This document shows positions 1 through 10,075 of a stretch of 64,000 bases of DNA, one piece after another. Each line of letters begins with the position of its first letter. Position 1 is the stretch's first letter. The DNA is from a virus. The stretch lies in IMG/VR virus record IMGVR_UViG_3300020198_000887, positions 32,001-96,000 of that record; one strand, 5' to 3'. The notes beneath the pieces are model-generated. The model was not told the DNA's origin. It did not search any database and saw only the letters and a list, made by a program, of their open reading frames with translations. Both the position numbers and the translations under genes were made by a program.

Positions 1-2500
1 GACATTAACTATATGGACAGCAGAATCCGGCACATCACTTGGTACTATTCAAGAACGCATCCGACTTACTGAATCATTCTCGAACAAGGCCGAACCTGTA
101 TATTACAAAATATTGCCAACGTCTGACCCACGGGGCGTCACATTTACATTAATATCGGGTGCATTGCCACCTGGGTTGAGATTAGTCGATAATACTATAC
201 TTGGCACACCGTACGAAGTTGCGAGTGAATCTAAATTTACATTTTGTATTCGGGCATCAAAAGATGGTGATATTTCTGATAGAACATTTTACTTTATTGT
301 GCAGGGTGCAGATGCACCACGATTTGCATTGCCGACCGGGTATTTAGATATTGGAATTAATCATCAGTATTATGTTAAAGATAGAACATTCGTCAACTAT
401 CAAATACTTGTATTCGACACGGATATAGCCACTGGGCAAAAATTAAGTTTTTTTATATCGAGTGATGAGGGTGAATTGCCGCCTGGTCTGTCACTCACTG
501 AAGATGGTAGAATAGTTGGGTATGTCAATCCATTACCAACTATGAAAATTTCAGATGGAGATGGCACATACGGCAGTGGGTATTACGATTCGTTTGCATA
601 TGACTTCAGTGTGCGGCCAGATAATGGATATGATACATATGAATATGATTCCGCCGCCAATTCTGGGTATTATGATTATAATACACAAGCAAAACTACCA
701 TCTACGATTAGTCGGAATTATCAATTTATTATTTCCGTTACGGATGGGTACACGGTATCTAAACGAACATTTGGTATTTATGTAGTTGGGGATGACTATT
801 TTAAGGCAGACAACACAACATTGCTTGATGGCGTAAGTTTATTTACTGCAGATGCTACTTCTGTTAGAACACCAGTGTGGAAAACAGACGGCAATTTAGG
901 TTCGGTAAGAGCAAATAATTATCTCATAATGGTGTTGGATGTATATGATACTGATGAAATTCATTACACATTGGGGGTAGCAACTGAACAATGGGCACAG
1001 AATCACCAATATAAAGTTGATGATGTTATATTATTTGCATCCAACTCATATATTTGTTTAGTAAACCATACATCGACATCAATTATTGACCTATCAAAAT
1101 GGGGTGTTTATGGATTACCGCCAGGTGTTATGTTTAATTCAACCACTAGTGAAATATATGGTAGAATCCCATATCAACCAGCAGTAAGTAAACCATATTT
1201 TTTCAATATAACAGCTCATCGGGTGGGGAGTGATAATGAAATTGCTTCAACTACCAAATTATTTAAAATAACCGTATTAGGTGAAATAGATAGTTTTATT
1301 GAATGGATTTCTGATAACAACATTGGTACTATCGGTGCCAACTATATCTCAAACTTTAAAGTAATTGCAACAACAACAATTAAAAATGCATCTGTTACCT
1401 ATCATTTATCATCTGGTACACTGCCATATGGATTATCACTATTGTCAACTGGTGAAATAATCGGTAAAGTAAATCAATTCAATATTCCAGAAAAAAATAT
1501 AAAAGGACTGACAACATTTGACTATAACCGGGCTGAAACAACCTTTGACAATAATGGAACAACAGTTGATCGTAAATTTAAATTTACGATAGATGCAAAA
1601 GATAATTATGGTGTCAGTTCATTATCTAAAGAGTTTTATATAACAGTATCGTCACCACAAAAAACACTGTACAGCAATATTAAAATTAAACCATTTTTAA
1701 AGCATGAACAACGTGCAGTATGGAATAATTTTATTAATGATTCTAATATTTTCACACCATCAAATGTTTATAGATTAGACGATCCTAATTTTGGTGTTCA
1801 ACATGATTTATCATGTATTATATATGCAGGAGTTGAATCAAAAAATGCTGCTGCATTTGTTAGCGCAATTGGGTTAAACAATAAACGAAAGCAATTTCGA
1901 ATTGGTGAAATAAAATCAGCAGTCGCGATTGAACCTGGTACAAAAAATAAGATATATGAAGTAGTATATATGTCATTAATAGACCCATTAGCACCGGCAA
2001 ATAAAAAACTAAAAAGTAAACTAACCACGTTATATAAGTCAAGTGATAAAATCACCGCAGATAATAATAAGTCAATATGGAGTCGTGATATTAATGAACT
2101 CAATACTGCCGCGCCCACTGCTACCAGACCTATCCCAACTGTGTCAGTCGATAGTACTGGGTATAATGTATCAGATGAATATGCAAAAAATTATTTTACA
2201 AATAGTATATCAATATGGCGAGAAAACATCAGTAAAGTTGGTTCAACTGAAAGAACATATCTTCCATTATGGATGAGAAGTATCCAACCAGGTACAAAAA
2301 AAGAGATGGAATTCGTGTTGGCTGTTCCATTATGTTATTGTAAAGTTGGAATGTCTGAAAATATTCTTTTACAAATAAAAAATAGCAAGTTTGATTTTAA
2401 AAATATAGATTACACTATTGATAGATACATAATTGATTCAGTTGCTGGTGATTCTAGTGATAAATATCTTGTATTCAACAATAATAGGATAACAATATGA
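1..2500 (+). CDS. Virion structural (baseplate-like) protein with putative Ig/He_PIG-type repeats; 5' end lies at or beyond the window edge
   Basis: The frame of ORF 113..2500 is open back to position 2 (TLTIWTAESG...); base 1 may be the G of the ATG. Repeated 'G.LPPGL.L...G.I.G' motifs. Confidence 0.6.
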   Translation, partial: TLTIWTAESGTSLGTIQERIRLTESFSNKAEPVYYKILPTSDPRGVTFTLISGALPPGLRLVDNTILGTPYEVASESKFTFCIRASKDGDISDRTFYFIVQGADAPRFALPTGYLDIGINHQYYVKDRTFVNYQILVFDTDIATGQKLSFFISSDEGELPPGLSLTEDGRIVGYVNPLPTMKISDGDGTYGSGYYDSFAYDFSVRPDNGYDTYEYDSAANSGYYDYNTQAKLPSTISRNYQFIISVTDGYTVSKRTFGIYVVGDDYFKADNTTLLDGVSLFTADATSVRTPVWKTDGNLGSVRANNYLIMVLDVYDTDEIHYTLGVATEQWAQNHQYKVDDVILFASNSYICLVNHTSTSIIDLSKWGVYGLPPGVMFNSTTSEIYGRIPYQPAVSKPYFFNITAHRVGSDNEIASTTKLFKITVLGEIDSFIEWISDNNIGTIGANYISNFKVIATTTIKNASVTYHLSSGTLPYGLSLLSTGEIIGKVNQFNIPEKNIKGLTTFDYNRAETTFDNNGTTVDRKFKFTIDAKDNYGVSSLSKEFYITVSSPQKTLYSNIKIKPFLKHEQRAVWNNFINDSNIFTPSNVYRLDDPNFGVQHDLSCIIYAGVESKNAAAFVSAIGLNNKRKQFRIGEIKSAVAIEPGTKNKIYEVVYMSLIDPLAPANKKLKSKLTTLYKSSDKITADNNKSIWSRDINELNTAAPTATRPIPTVSVDSTGYNVSDEYAKNYFTNSISIWRENISKVGSTERTYLPLWMRSIQPGTKKEMEFVLAVPLCYCKVGMSENILLQIKNSKFDFKNIDYTIDRYIIDSVAGDSSDKYLVFNNNRITI

Positions 2501-3093
2501 GTAGTAACATAATTTTTTCAACAATTGACACTGCATACCCAGTTGCTGGGCAAGATAATGATAGTCAAGGATTTCGGGATAATTTCACAATAATTCATGA
2601 TGCATTGGGAATAGCATATTCAGAAATAACCACTTTACAACAAAATGCCCTTCTAAAAGCAACAATTGACCAAACCAATGATACAGTGGCAAATGACTTG
2701 CATCAAAGTAGTATTAATAATGGCACATATACCAACTTTTTTGGAATTGGTAAAACATCTTCTGCAAATTCATCAATTATAATTAATATCGCAAGCGCGT
2801 CCGTACAAGTCGTTGCATTAACATCTAATAGTACAGTGAGTTTTGCAGGATGGCCTGGGGATGACTCAACTAGTGTATACGGGGTGATTAGATTACATTT
2901 TTCAAGTACTGAAATTGGGACTGAACGCACAGTTACCTTCCAGCCGTCAAACACTGGGGTACTTTTATATGATTCAAACTTCCAAACCCCATTTAAAGTA
3001 AACACCAATTTCGCAGGTAAACAACAAGTGGTTGACGTTTGGAGTTTTGATGGTGGGACTACTGTATTTTTAAAACATGTCGGTGAATTTTAA
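2497..3093 (+). CDS. Hypothetical virion structural protein
   Basis: 198 aa, ATGA overlap with the upstream gene; N-terminal 'YPVAGQDNDSQGFRDNF' plus coiled coil, beta-rich C-terminus. Confidence 0.5.
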   Translation: MSSNIIFSTIDTAYPVAGQDNDSQGFRDNFTIIHDALGIAYSEITTLQQNALLKATIDQTNDTVANDLHQSSINNGTYTNFFGIGKTSSANSSIIINIASASVQVVALTSNSTVSFAGWPGDDSTSVYGVIRLHFSSTEIGTERTVTFQPSNTGVLLYDSNFQTPFKVNTNFAGKQQVVDVWSFDGGTTVFLKHVGEF

Positions 3094-3323
3094 TGCACCC
3101 ATTGATTAATGATTTAGGATCATTAAAAGATGCTGAAATCGAGGCAACACTAACTGAGTTAGGAAAAAAATACTTTATGACAACTAATTTGCAAGTGCGT
3201 GAACAAATTTCGCTGGTATTAGACACATATAAAGAAGAATTAACCACCCGTAGAAGAAATGAGTGGGTTAAAATGCAAGAAAATAGAGAAAAGGGACTTG
3301 ACAAACTTATCAATATCAATTAA
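3093..3323 (+). CDS. Hypothetical protein
   Basis: 76 aa, TAATG coupling to the upstream gene. Confidence 0.6.
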   Translation: MHPLINDLGSLKDAEIEATLTELGKKYFMTTNLQVREQISLVLDTYKEELTTRRRNEWVKMQENREKGLDKLININ

Positions 3324-3332
3324 AATACGTTT

Positions 3333-3845
3333 ATGCGACTAGATAAGTTTTATAATCCAATATTCAACGAAACTGATGTATTTAATATCCTTTATCAAGG
3401 CGATACATCAGTTCTTTCAAAATTATCAGTAGATATAACCCAAGATTTAATAACTCTTGCGCAAATAGGTGAGTTTAATTTTCCTATATTACCAGCAGAA
3501 TCTGATTCACCTGAACTTTATCATAAATCTCTACAATCCCAGTGGTTTTTTACAGAAGAATACAAAAATTTTGATATAAAACAATTTTGTATAGATAAAT
3601 GTAATTCAGATGTCGAACGAACCAGAATTTATGAAGAATTTACTGAGTTTGAACGACTCGGTATGATAGATTTATTGAGATGGTGCAAGTATTTTGTTGA
3701 TACTTGCACACATCAAGATGTAATATGGGGTGTTGGCCGGGGTTCTAGTGTGGCTAGTTATGTGTTATATATAATTGGTATTCATAAAATTGATAGTATT
3801 AAATATAATTTAGATTGGCGTGAATTTTTAAAGATAAGTACATAA
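3333..3845 (+). CDS. Stand-alone DnaE (Pol III alpha) palm-fragment-like protein
   Basis: WGVGRGSSVASYVLYIIGIHKIDSIKYNL..EFL matches the DnaE GRGS region; only 170 aa and lacks PDID. Confidence 0.7.
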   Translation: MRLDKFYNPIFNETDVFNILYQGDTSVLSKLSVDITQDLITLAQIGEFNFPILPAESDSPELYHKSLQSQWFFTEEYKNFDIKQFCIDKCNSDVERTRIYEEFTEFERLGMIDLLRWCKYFVDTCTHQDVIWGVGRGSSVASYVLYIIGIHKIDSIKYNLDWREFLKIST

Positions 3846-3861
3846 TTACAAGGAGATTATT

Positions 3862-4224
3862 ATGACAATGAAACAACCACAAAGAGGTGTTTATCGTTCT
3901 CTTAGGGGAAAAGAAGTAGACATGACTAAATTAATTAACCAAAACGAATTAACTGTTGCGGTTGGTAACGTTAAAGTGAATGCACGAGGTGATGAAATAG
4001 GACCAGGTGGGAGAATTATCCGGAAAGAAGAAGACATTGTCACTGCCGCACGTGGGCAAAATGCATCTGGGTACCAACAGCCAGTGATTAATGAGCAACT
4101 TCAACAATCGGTGACCCCGCCAGAATCACCATCATCAAAAACAGCAGGACCCACCCAGCAAAAACCACAAATGAAACAAAATGTTAAAGATATTTCAAAA
4201 ATGGATCCAGCAGGTGATGAATGA
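3862..4224 (+). CDS. Hypothetical protein
   Basis: AGGAG RBS; 'VGNVKVNARGDEIGPGGRII' followed by a low-complexity tail. Confidence 0.7.
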   Translation: MTMKQPQRGVYRSLRGKEVDMTKLINQNELTVAVGNVKVNARGDEIGPGGRIIRKEEDIVTAARGQNASGYQQPVINEQLQQSVTPPESPSSKTAGPTQQKPQMKQNVKDISKMDPAGDE

Positions 4225-4607
4225 GTTTCATCAAATGTGAGAAATTAACCCCTTTGCACGATAGCGTTCTTATCACAGATATGTCATTTGATGAACAAGT
4301 AACATCAGCTGGGATCATCATAGGCAGCGATGACGGTAAATCAGAAGGAATTAAGCCACGCTGGGGCAAAGTTTATGCGGTTGGTCCAAAACAAGATAAA
4401 ATTAAAGTCGGGGATTGGATCTTAGTTGAACATGGTAGATGGACCCGTAGTGTCAAAATAGAAATAAATGAGTCCGATATAGAAGTTCGCCGTGTAGAAA
4501 CAAAATCTATTATGATGACAGCAGACACTAAACCAACTGACATTTATTTTGGTGTTTCCAACAAATCAAATATACACACATTTGATTTTAGTAAACCAAT
4601 GTTTTAA
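4221..4607 (+). CDS. groES: GroES/Cpn10-like co-chaperonin
   Basis: PLHDSVLI...TSAGIII...GKVYAVGP...KVGDWIL matches the Cpn10 signature. Confidence 0.85.
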   Translation: MSFIKCEKLTPLHDSVLITDMSFDEQVTSAGIIIGSDDGKSEGIKPRWGKVYAVGPKQDKIKVGDWILVEHGRWTRSVKIEINESDIEVRRVETKSIMMTADTKPTDIYFGVSNKSNIHTFDFSKPMF

Positions 4608-4630
4608 CAAATACACAATAACCCATTACC

Positions 4631-4658
4631 TTGACAGATTCTGGGTTATTGATATAAT
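4631..4658 (+). promoter_or_regulatory. Sigma70-like promoter for the clamp loader
   Basis: TTGACA-16 nt-TATAAT, with the -35 box inside a 10-bp inverted repeat. Confidence 0.7.
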
Positions 4659-4687
4659 ACAACCTTTTAACTATCGCAGAGAATTAA

Positions 4688-5635
4688 ATGTCTATATCAG
4701 AACTTTGGGTTGAGAAATATAGACCATCAACAACTGATGGGTATGTTTTTAGAGATAATTATCAAAAACAACAAATAACGAATTGGATTAATGAAGGGGC
4801 AATCCCACATCTTTTGTTAAGTGGAACTGCTGGAGTAGGAAAAACAACCCTTGCTAAAATTTTGTTTAATCAACTAAACATCCATCCATATGACATAAAA
4901 GAAATAAATGCATCAAGAACAAATTCAGTCGATGATATACGAAATATTATTGTAAATTTTGTATCAATGATTCCATTTGGGAAATTCAAAGTAGTGTTAC
5001 TTGATGAAGCAGACTACCTATCTATAAATGCACAAGCAGTATTGCGTGGGGTAATGGAAGAGTATCATACTACGGCTAGATTTATATTAACGTGTAACTA
5101 TCCAAATAAAATTTTACCAGCCATACATAGTAGATGCCAAGGATTTCACATAGAAAAAGTCGACCAGACCGAATTTACCACTCGAATTGCCACAATTCTA
5201 ATATCGGAAAATATTAATTTTGAGTTGGATACATTAGATACTTTTGTGAAATCAACATATCCAGATTTACGAAAATGTATTAACTTAGTTCAAATGAATT
5301 GCGTAGATGGTACATTATACACCCCACAACAAGGTGATGGTAATAACTCTGATTACAAAATCGAAATGGTTCAATTATTCAAAGCAGGAAAAATCAATCA
5401 AGCAAGAAAATTGATTTGTAGTCAAGCACGACCAGATGAAATTGAAGATATATATAGATGGTTATATGATAATATTGAATTATTTGGTGACGATGACATG
5501 CAAGAACAAGCAATTCTTATTATCAAACAAGGGTTGGTTGATCACACCTTAGTTATTGACCCAGAAATTAATCTTGCTGCCACATTAATTAGACTTTCAA
5601 ACATATGCGAGAATCGAGAAAAAGAACATTTGTAA
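4688..5635 (+). CDS. Clamp loader AAA+ subunit (RFC small subunit / T4 gp44-like)
   Basis: WVEKYRP, Walker A GTAGVGKT, NAS, Walker B LLDEAD, SRC motif. Confidence 0.92.
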   Translation: MSISELWVEKYRPSTTDGYVFRDNYQKQQITNWINEGAIPHLLLSGTAGVGKTTLAKILFNQLNIHPYDIKEINASRTNSVDDIRNIIVNFVSMIPFGKFKVVLLDEADYLSINAQAVLRGVMEEYHTTARFILTCNYPNKILPAIHSRCQGFHIEKVDQTEFTTRIATILISENINFELDTLDTFVKSTYPDLRKCINLVQMNCVDGTLYTPQQGDGNNSDYKIEMVQLFKAGKINQARKLICSQARPDEIEDIYRWLYDNIELFGDDDMQEQAILIIKQGLVDHTLVIDPEINLAATLIRLSNICENREKEHL

Positions 5636-5808
5636 AAACTATTAGTTGGAGAGCTATAGCAACGATTGTATCATTTATTGTTGCGTATATCGTTTCCAAC
5701 GACTTAACCATCGCTAGCAGTATCGCTAGCATGCAAGTATTAATCCATACGTTATTATATTATATTCATGAACGTGTATGTTGTAAAATGCTGTGGGGTA
5801 ACCTGTAG
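5605..5808 (+). CDS. Small membrane protein, DUF2061-like
   Basis: 'RTFVKTISWRAIAT...YYIHER' with two hydrophobic segments. Confidence 0.7.
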   Translation: MRESRKRTFVKTISWRAIATIVSFIVAYIVSNDLTIASSIASMQVLIHTLLYYIHERVCCKMLWGNL

Positions 5809-5810
5809 AA

Positions 5811-5831
5811 GGAGGGCACTTGGTACCCTCC
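5811..5831. terminator. Hairpin between convergent genes
   Basis: GGAGGGCAC-TTG-GTACCCTCC stem-loop with one mismatch. Confidence 0.5.
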
Positions 5832-5918
5832 AATATGTTTTACTTGACTAAATGTTAAATTTTGGCATTGAACATATTACAGCGCATTAGAATATATCTA
5901 ATCCACAAATGAATAATT

Positions 5919-6638
5919 TCAGTCTTCATCATATAGATTCAAAATTTCCTTAATTACAGGGTGTCGTTCAATGTCGTCAACCCCAAATTCTATAAGTTCA
6001 ATTAAACAGGGGGTTTTATCTTTCATTCTACGAATGAAATCATCCAAGCCATTTCCACCAAGTCTATCTGCCTGGTTCAAATCGCCCGTGATCACCATTT
6101 TTGAGTTATCGCCGATCCTGGTTAATAGCATTTTCATTTGGTTAACTGTAGTACCTTGAATTTCATCGGCTACTATATATGCATTTTTAAAGGTTCTTCC
6201 GCGCATGTACGCTAATGGGCTTATTTCTATAACACCTTCCTCTAAATATCTGGTAATATCTCTTTTCTGATAATATTCTGCAAACACATCAAAAATAGGT
6301 TTGGTCCATGGGGCCATCTTTTCTTCTAATGTGCCCGGTAAGAAACCCAAATCTTCATCTACTGAAACGGCGGGTCTTGTCACAATGATTTTTTCAATTT
6401 TTCCTTCTTGGAATAATTTAATTCCATATTGAACTGCCAGTATAGTTTTTCCAGTACCAGCTGGGCCAACTGCAAAAATAATACTAGTGGATTCATTCTG
6501 CAACTTATGCAAGTATTCTATTTGACTTTTATTTCGTGGGGCCAGGGTGACTTGTTTACGCTTTGCTGGTAAGTAAGGTTGAAAATCTATTATGTTAACT
6601 TCTGATGTAAAACGTTTTTTATTCACTTTTCTACTCAT
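5919..6638 (-). CDS. phoH: PhoH-family ATPase
   Basis: GPAGTGKT, TRPAV, LGFLPG, YMRGRT, DEIQ, TGDLNQ.D, RHP motifs. Confidence 0.95.
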   Translation of the reverse strand: MSRKVNKKRFTSEVNIIDFQPYLPAKRKQVTLAPRNKSQIEYLHKLQNESTSIIFAVGPAGTGKTILAVQYGIKLFQEGKIEKIIVTRPAVSVDEDLGFLPGTLEEKMAPWTKPIFDVFAEYYQKRDITRYLEEGVIEISPLAYMRGRTFKNAYIVADEIQGTTVNQMKMLLTRIGDNSKMVITGDLNQADRLGGNGLDDFIRRMKDKTPCLIELIEFGVDDIERHPVIKEILNLYDED

Positions 6639-6815
6639 TCAGTAATCTCCTACTTTGTGTGAGAAATAGGACTTGTAGTGACCGCCATGATAACTACATT
6701 GGTCCTACATTCGTATTTACCACATTTAATCAAAAATAATGAATGCCTATAATGTAAACAGATGGATATAATTTTATTTCGACTAAATACAAGTAGATTA
6801 TTCTAGGATTTTATT

Positions 6816-7400
6816 ATGCATGATGTATTAGATATTATTAAAAACATACAAAGTTTATATGAAAGTAATTCAAGTCTTGCTGTTCTTAAAGATGTTGAAC
6901 GTGTACTTGATGAATTAGATATGTATGTTTATGATAATTGGATTGATGGCGAGTTAGCATATGGCCCAAAAATTGATAGGCATTGGATTACTGTTGGATT
7001 TATGTGGCCACACCAAAAAATGCCAGACCCAATTGGTGGTAAACGATTGATTGATATCGGATGTAAGGTGAAATATCAAAAATCACATTTAGTCGAACCA
7101 CGGAAGATAAAAACAGCAGACGATATTAGACCAGGAACAAAAAAAGGTAAAATAGATAGCCATCCGATATGGATCGTTGAAATACAAATGCCTAAAAAAG
7201 TGGCATTTGAGATTTATAAAGGGTACATGCACAAAATGAAAAACGAGACCCAACATCAAATAACAAACACAAATACCCAGCAAGTTACACCTGCAATACC
7301 TGCACCAATCGCGCCAGGTGTACCTGGGGTATCTGGTGCTGTCGCCCCACAAGCAGGTATGCCAATGGCAGGTATGACGCCACGATCACCGGTAATTTAA
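6816..7400 (+). CDS. Hypothetical protein
   Basis: 194 aa ORF downstream of CTAAATA (6783); Pro/Ala-rich C-tail. Confidence 0.7.
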   Translation: MHDVLDIIKNIQSLYESNSSLAVLKDVERVLDELDMYVYDNWIDGELAYGPKIDRHWITVGFMWPHQKMPDPIGGKRLIDIGCKVKYQKSHLVEPRKIKTADDIRPGTKKGKIDSHPIWIVEIQMPKKVAFEIYKGYMHKMKNETQHQITNTNTQQVTPAIPAPIAPGVPGVSGAVAPQAGMPMAGMTPRSPVI

Positions 7401-7402
7401 GA

Positions 7403-8146
7403 ATGCAAAATATCACAGAAAATTTAAGAAAAAATGATTTACGGAATTTGGTAAAGAAAGTATTTGAAATAGACTCATATAAAAGTAAAATAGGTGACGA
7501 CATCGACGTCGTTGTATTAAGTTTTACGGTTGATAGTGAAGACCCAGCAAAAGATTTGGAAAATTTTGTAGAAATGGGGTACGATTTTGTATTAGACGCC
7601 GACATATCACCAGGTGAAACTGATGATGGAACATATAAGGTATTTATTGAATTAGAACGTGGTAGACATACAGCAGACCAAATTTTAGAATTATTGGTAG
7701 GGATAGAACGATTAACTGGTATGCCTGATATGAGATTTCGCTATTTTAAAAGTTTCGAGAGTCATGACGCGACAATTGAAAACTTAACATCAATAATACC
7801 GAGTAATAAAGAATCATATAAACTTGCCACTAACAAACACAGCCTAAATAATTATAGTAATTTTTTTGCTGCCAGTTCTGCGGATAAAATTAATGTACTA
7901 GATGAATCCATTACTTTTAAAAAAATATGGGGTGACCAAGTAACATTTAATATAATTAAAAGTGGCGCGGTAAATGACGTATATAATTCTGTTAAAGGCC
8001 CACTTATGATGGAAAGTAAAGATATTGCTGAGATACTCTTTTTTACGAAATACATTGGTAATTACAACATTACAAAAATAAACAACACATATATATTTGA
8101 AAACAGCAATTGGGCTGTTGCATTGGAGAAAACTAATGTCATTTAA
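7403..8146 (+). CDS. Hypothetical protein
   Basis: 247 aa ORF, tightly packed in the operon. Confidence 0.7.
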   Translation: MQNITENLRKNDLRNLVKKVFEIDSYKSKIGDDIDVVVLSFTVDSEDPAKDLENFVEMGYDFVLDADISPGETDDGTYKVFIELERGRHTADQILELLVGIERLTGMPDMRFRYFKSFESHDATIENLTSIIPSNKESYKLATNKHSLNNYSNFFAASSADKINVLDESITFKKIWGDQVTFNIIKSGAVNDVYNSVKGPLMMESKDIAEILFFTKYIGNYNITKINNTYIFENSNWAVALEKTNVI

Positions 8147-8762
8147 GTTTGATTTCAAAAAAGAACATTTGTCACAAATAATACCAGGTAACCCATATTT
8201 AGATTATTGGTATAATGCATTAACTATGATACTACCTGATTATGATATTGACACAATACCCAGAGTTGCGGCGTTTTTGGCACAAACTGCGCATGAAAGC
8301 GGTAATTATAAATTTCTAAAAGAAAATTTAAATTATAGATCTACCTCTTTACGTAAAGTATTCCCAAAATATTTTCCAACTGATGCATTGGCAAACAAGT
8401 ATGCACACAATCAATCTGCAATTGCAAATAGAGTATATGGTAATAGAATGGGGAATGGACCTGAAGAATCAGGAGATGGATTCCGCTATTGTGGTCGTGG
8501 CTTAATACAACTAACAGGCAAAACTAATTATACCAAATTTGCCGAATCTATTGATACGCCAGTTGACGAAATACCAGACTATTTATCTACTTTTGAAGGT
8601 GCTGTGCAGTCTGCATGCTGGTATTGGGAAGAAAATAACCTTAATCGTTGGGCTGACCAAGGTGATATATTAACATTAACCAAACGGATTAATGGCGGTA
8701 CTATTGGATTAGAATCTAGAAAAACTCATTACGAACATGCAAAAAAAGTATTAAATTCATAA
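8136..8762 (+). CDS. Glycoside hydrolase family 19 endolysin
   Basis: FLAQTAHESG, ENLNY, ANRVYGNRMGN, GRGLIQLTGK.NY, TKRINGG; GGAG RBS favours ATG 8136. Confidence 0.92.
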   Translation: MSFKFDFKKEHLSQIIPGNPYLDYWYNALTMILPDYDIDTIPRVAAFLAQTAHESGNYKFLKENLNYRSTSLRKVFPKYFPTDALANKYAHNQSAIANRVYGNRMGNGPEESGDGFRYCGRGLIQLTGKTNYTKFAESIDTPVDEIPDYLSTFEGAVQSACWYWEENNLNRWADQGDILTLTKRINGGTIGLESRKTHYEHAKKVLNS

Positions 8763-8776
8763 GTTTGGAATATTAA

Positions 8777-9217
8777 ATGATAATTCTGCACCTGTTACCA
8801 GATAGTTTTTTAGCAATGGTTGTTCATATCATACTAGTGTTAGGAATTGGTGGGACAGTGTTGGATATGTTTATTCGATATATACCTGGTATTATACAAT
8901 ATAGAATTCCACTTAAAGTTTTATCTACTTTATTATTAATTTCTGGAATTTACTTAGAAGGAAGTTATTCAACAGAAATGATTTGGCGAGCTAGAGTCAA
9001 AGAAGTTGAAGCAAAAGTTGCATTAGCAGAAGCACAATCCAAAGAAGCAAATGTAATTATTCAAGAAAAAGTAGTTGAAAAAATTAAAATAGTAAAAGAA
9101 AAGGTATTCGTTAACCAAATTAAAATTAAAAAAGAAAAAGAAATCATTAATGCAGAATGTAAAATACCAATAATTGCAATTCAACGATACAACGCTGCAG
9201 TAGCAGGGGGTGGATAA
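8777..9217 (+). CDS. Probable i-spanin (Rz-like)
   Basis: N-terminal TM segments, coiled coil, C-terminal Cys; lies between the endolysin and a lipoprotein gene. Confidence 0.6.
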   Translation: MIILHLLPDSFLAMVVHIILVLGIGGTVLDMFIRYIPGIIQYRIPLKVLSTLLLISGIYLEGSYSTEMIWRARVKEVEAKVALAEAQSKEANVIIQEKVVEKIKIVKEKVFVNQIKIKKEKEIINAECKIPIIAIQRYNAAVAGGG

Positions 9218-9480
9218 TGAGTACAGGTACTATTTTATTTTTACTTGTACTCACTGGATGCACAACTGCTGTTCCAGTAACAGTAAAATTTCCAGAGGCA
9301 CCATCTATTTTATTAGAACCTGTTCCAGTATTAAACCCATTAGAAGATAATAAACATGATTTGAGTGACATATTAGAAAATGTTAATGAAAATTACGGCA
9401 CATATTATGAAATTCGTGAAAAACTTCAAGAGTGGCAATATTGGTACAAAAAACAAAAAGAAATTTATGACAAAAATTAA
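9217..9480 (+). CDS. Probable o-spanin lipoprotein (Rz1-like)
   Basis: Lipobox VLTGC, Pro-rich mature N-terminus. Confidence 0.7.
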   Translation: MSTGTILFLLVLTGCTTAVPVTVKFPEAPSILLEPVPVLNPLEDNKHDLSDILENVNENYGTYYEIREKLQEWQYWYKKQKEIYDKN

Positions 9481-9489
9481 GGAGTAATA

Positions 9490-10065
9490 ATGTCAAGAGA
9501 AAATTACAACAATATGACATCAGCAGAAAAAGCAGGTGAAGACTTTATGTCAAAAAATTGGAGACCAATGATGGCAATGACATACATGTTAACATGTTTG
9601 TTTGATTTTATTATTGGACCTATCCTTTATAATATATTACAATTCTATAATCCAGGACAACATTTAGATATGTGGCAACCATTAACTTTACAGGGCGGTG
9701 GATTGTATCACATTGCAATGGGGGTTGTATTAGGTATTACTGCACACGGAAGAACACAAGAAAAAATAAATGGGGCAGATGGTTCACTAGTCTCTAGTTT
9801 TACTAATGTAATATCACGTCAACATAATAGCCAACCAGTAGCACCAATTCAAGCTGCCCAAAATTTCCCAGCAGCAACCCACGGATTCACTCAAGAACCG
9901 ACAGTAAGTGCTAATAAATTTGGAAACGTTGTTCCACAACCAGTAGCACCAATTCAAGCTGCCCAAAATTTCCCAGCAGCAACCCACGGATTCACTCAAG
10001 AACCGACAGTAAGTGCTAATAAATTTGGAAACGTTGTTCCACAACCAGAAGAACCGATTCTATAA
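9490..10065 (+). CDS. Holin-like membrane protein
   Basis: WRPMMAMTY...TM...GGLYHIAMGVVLGITAHGRTQEK resembles 3TM/GTA-type holins; located in the lysis cassette. Confidence 0.6.
   Translation: MSRENYNNMTSAEKAGEDFMSKNWRPMMAMTYMLTCLFDFIIGPILYNILQFYNPGQHLDMWQPLTLQGGGLYHIAMGVVLGITAHGRTQEKINGADGSLVSSFTNVISRQHNSQPVAPIQAAQNFPAATHGFTQEPTVSANKFGNVVPQPVAPIQAAQNFPAATHGFTQEPTVSANKFGNVVPQPEEPIL
9832..10048 (+). repeat. Perfect 105-bp tandem duplication (35 aa)
   Basis: QPVAPIQAAQNFPAATHGFTQEPTVSANKFGNVVP x2; copies start at 9832 and 9937. Confidence 0.95.
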
Positions 10066-10075
10066 GGAGAGTTTT

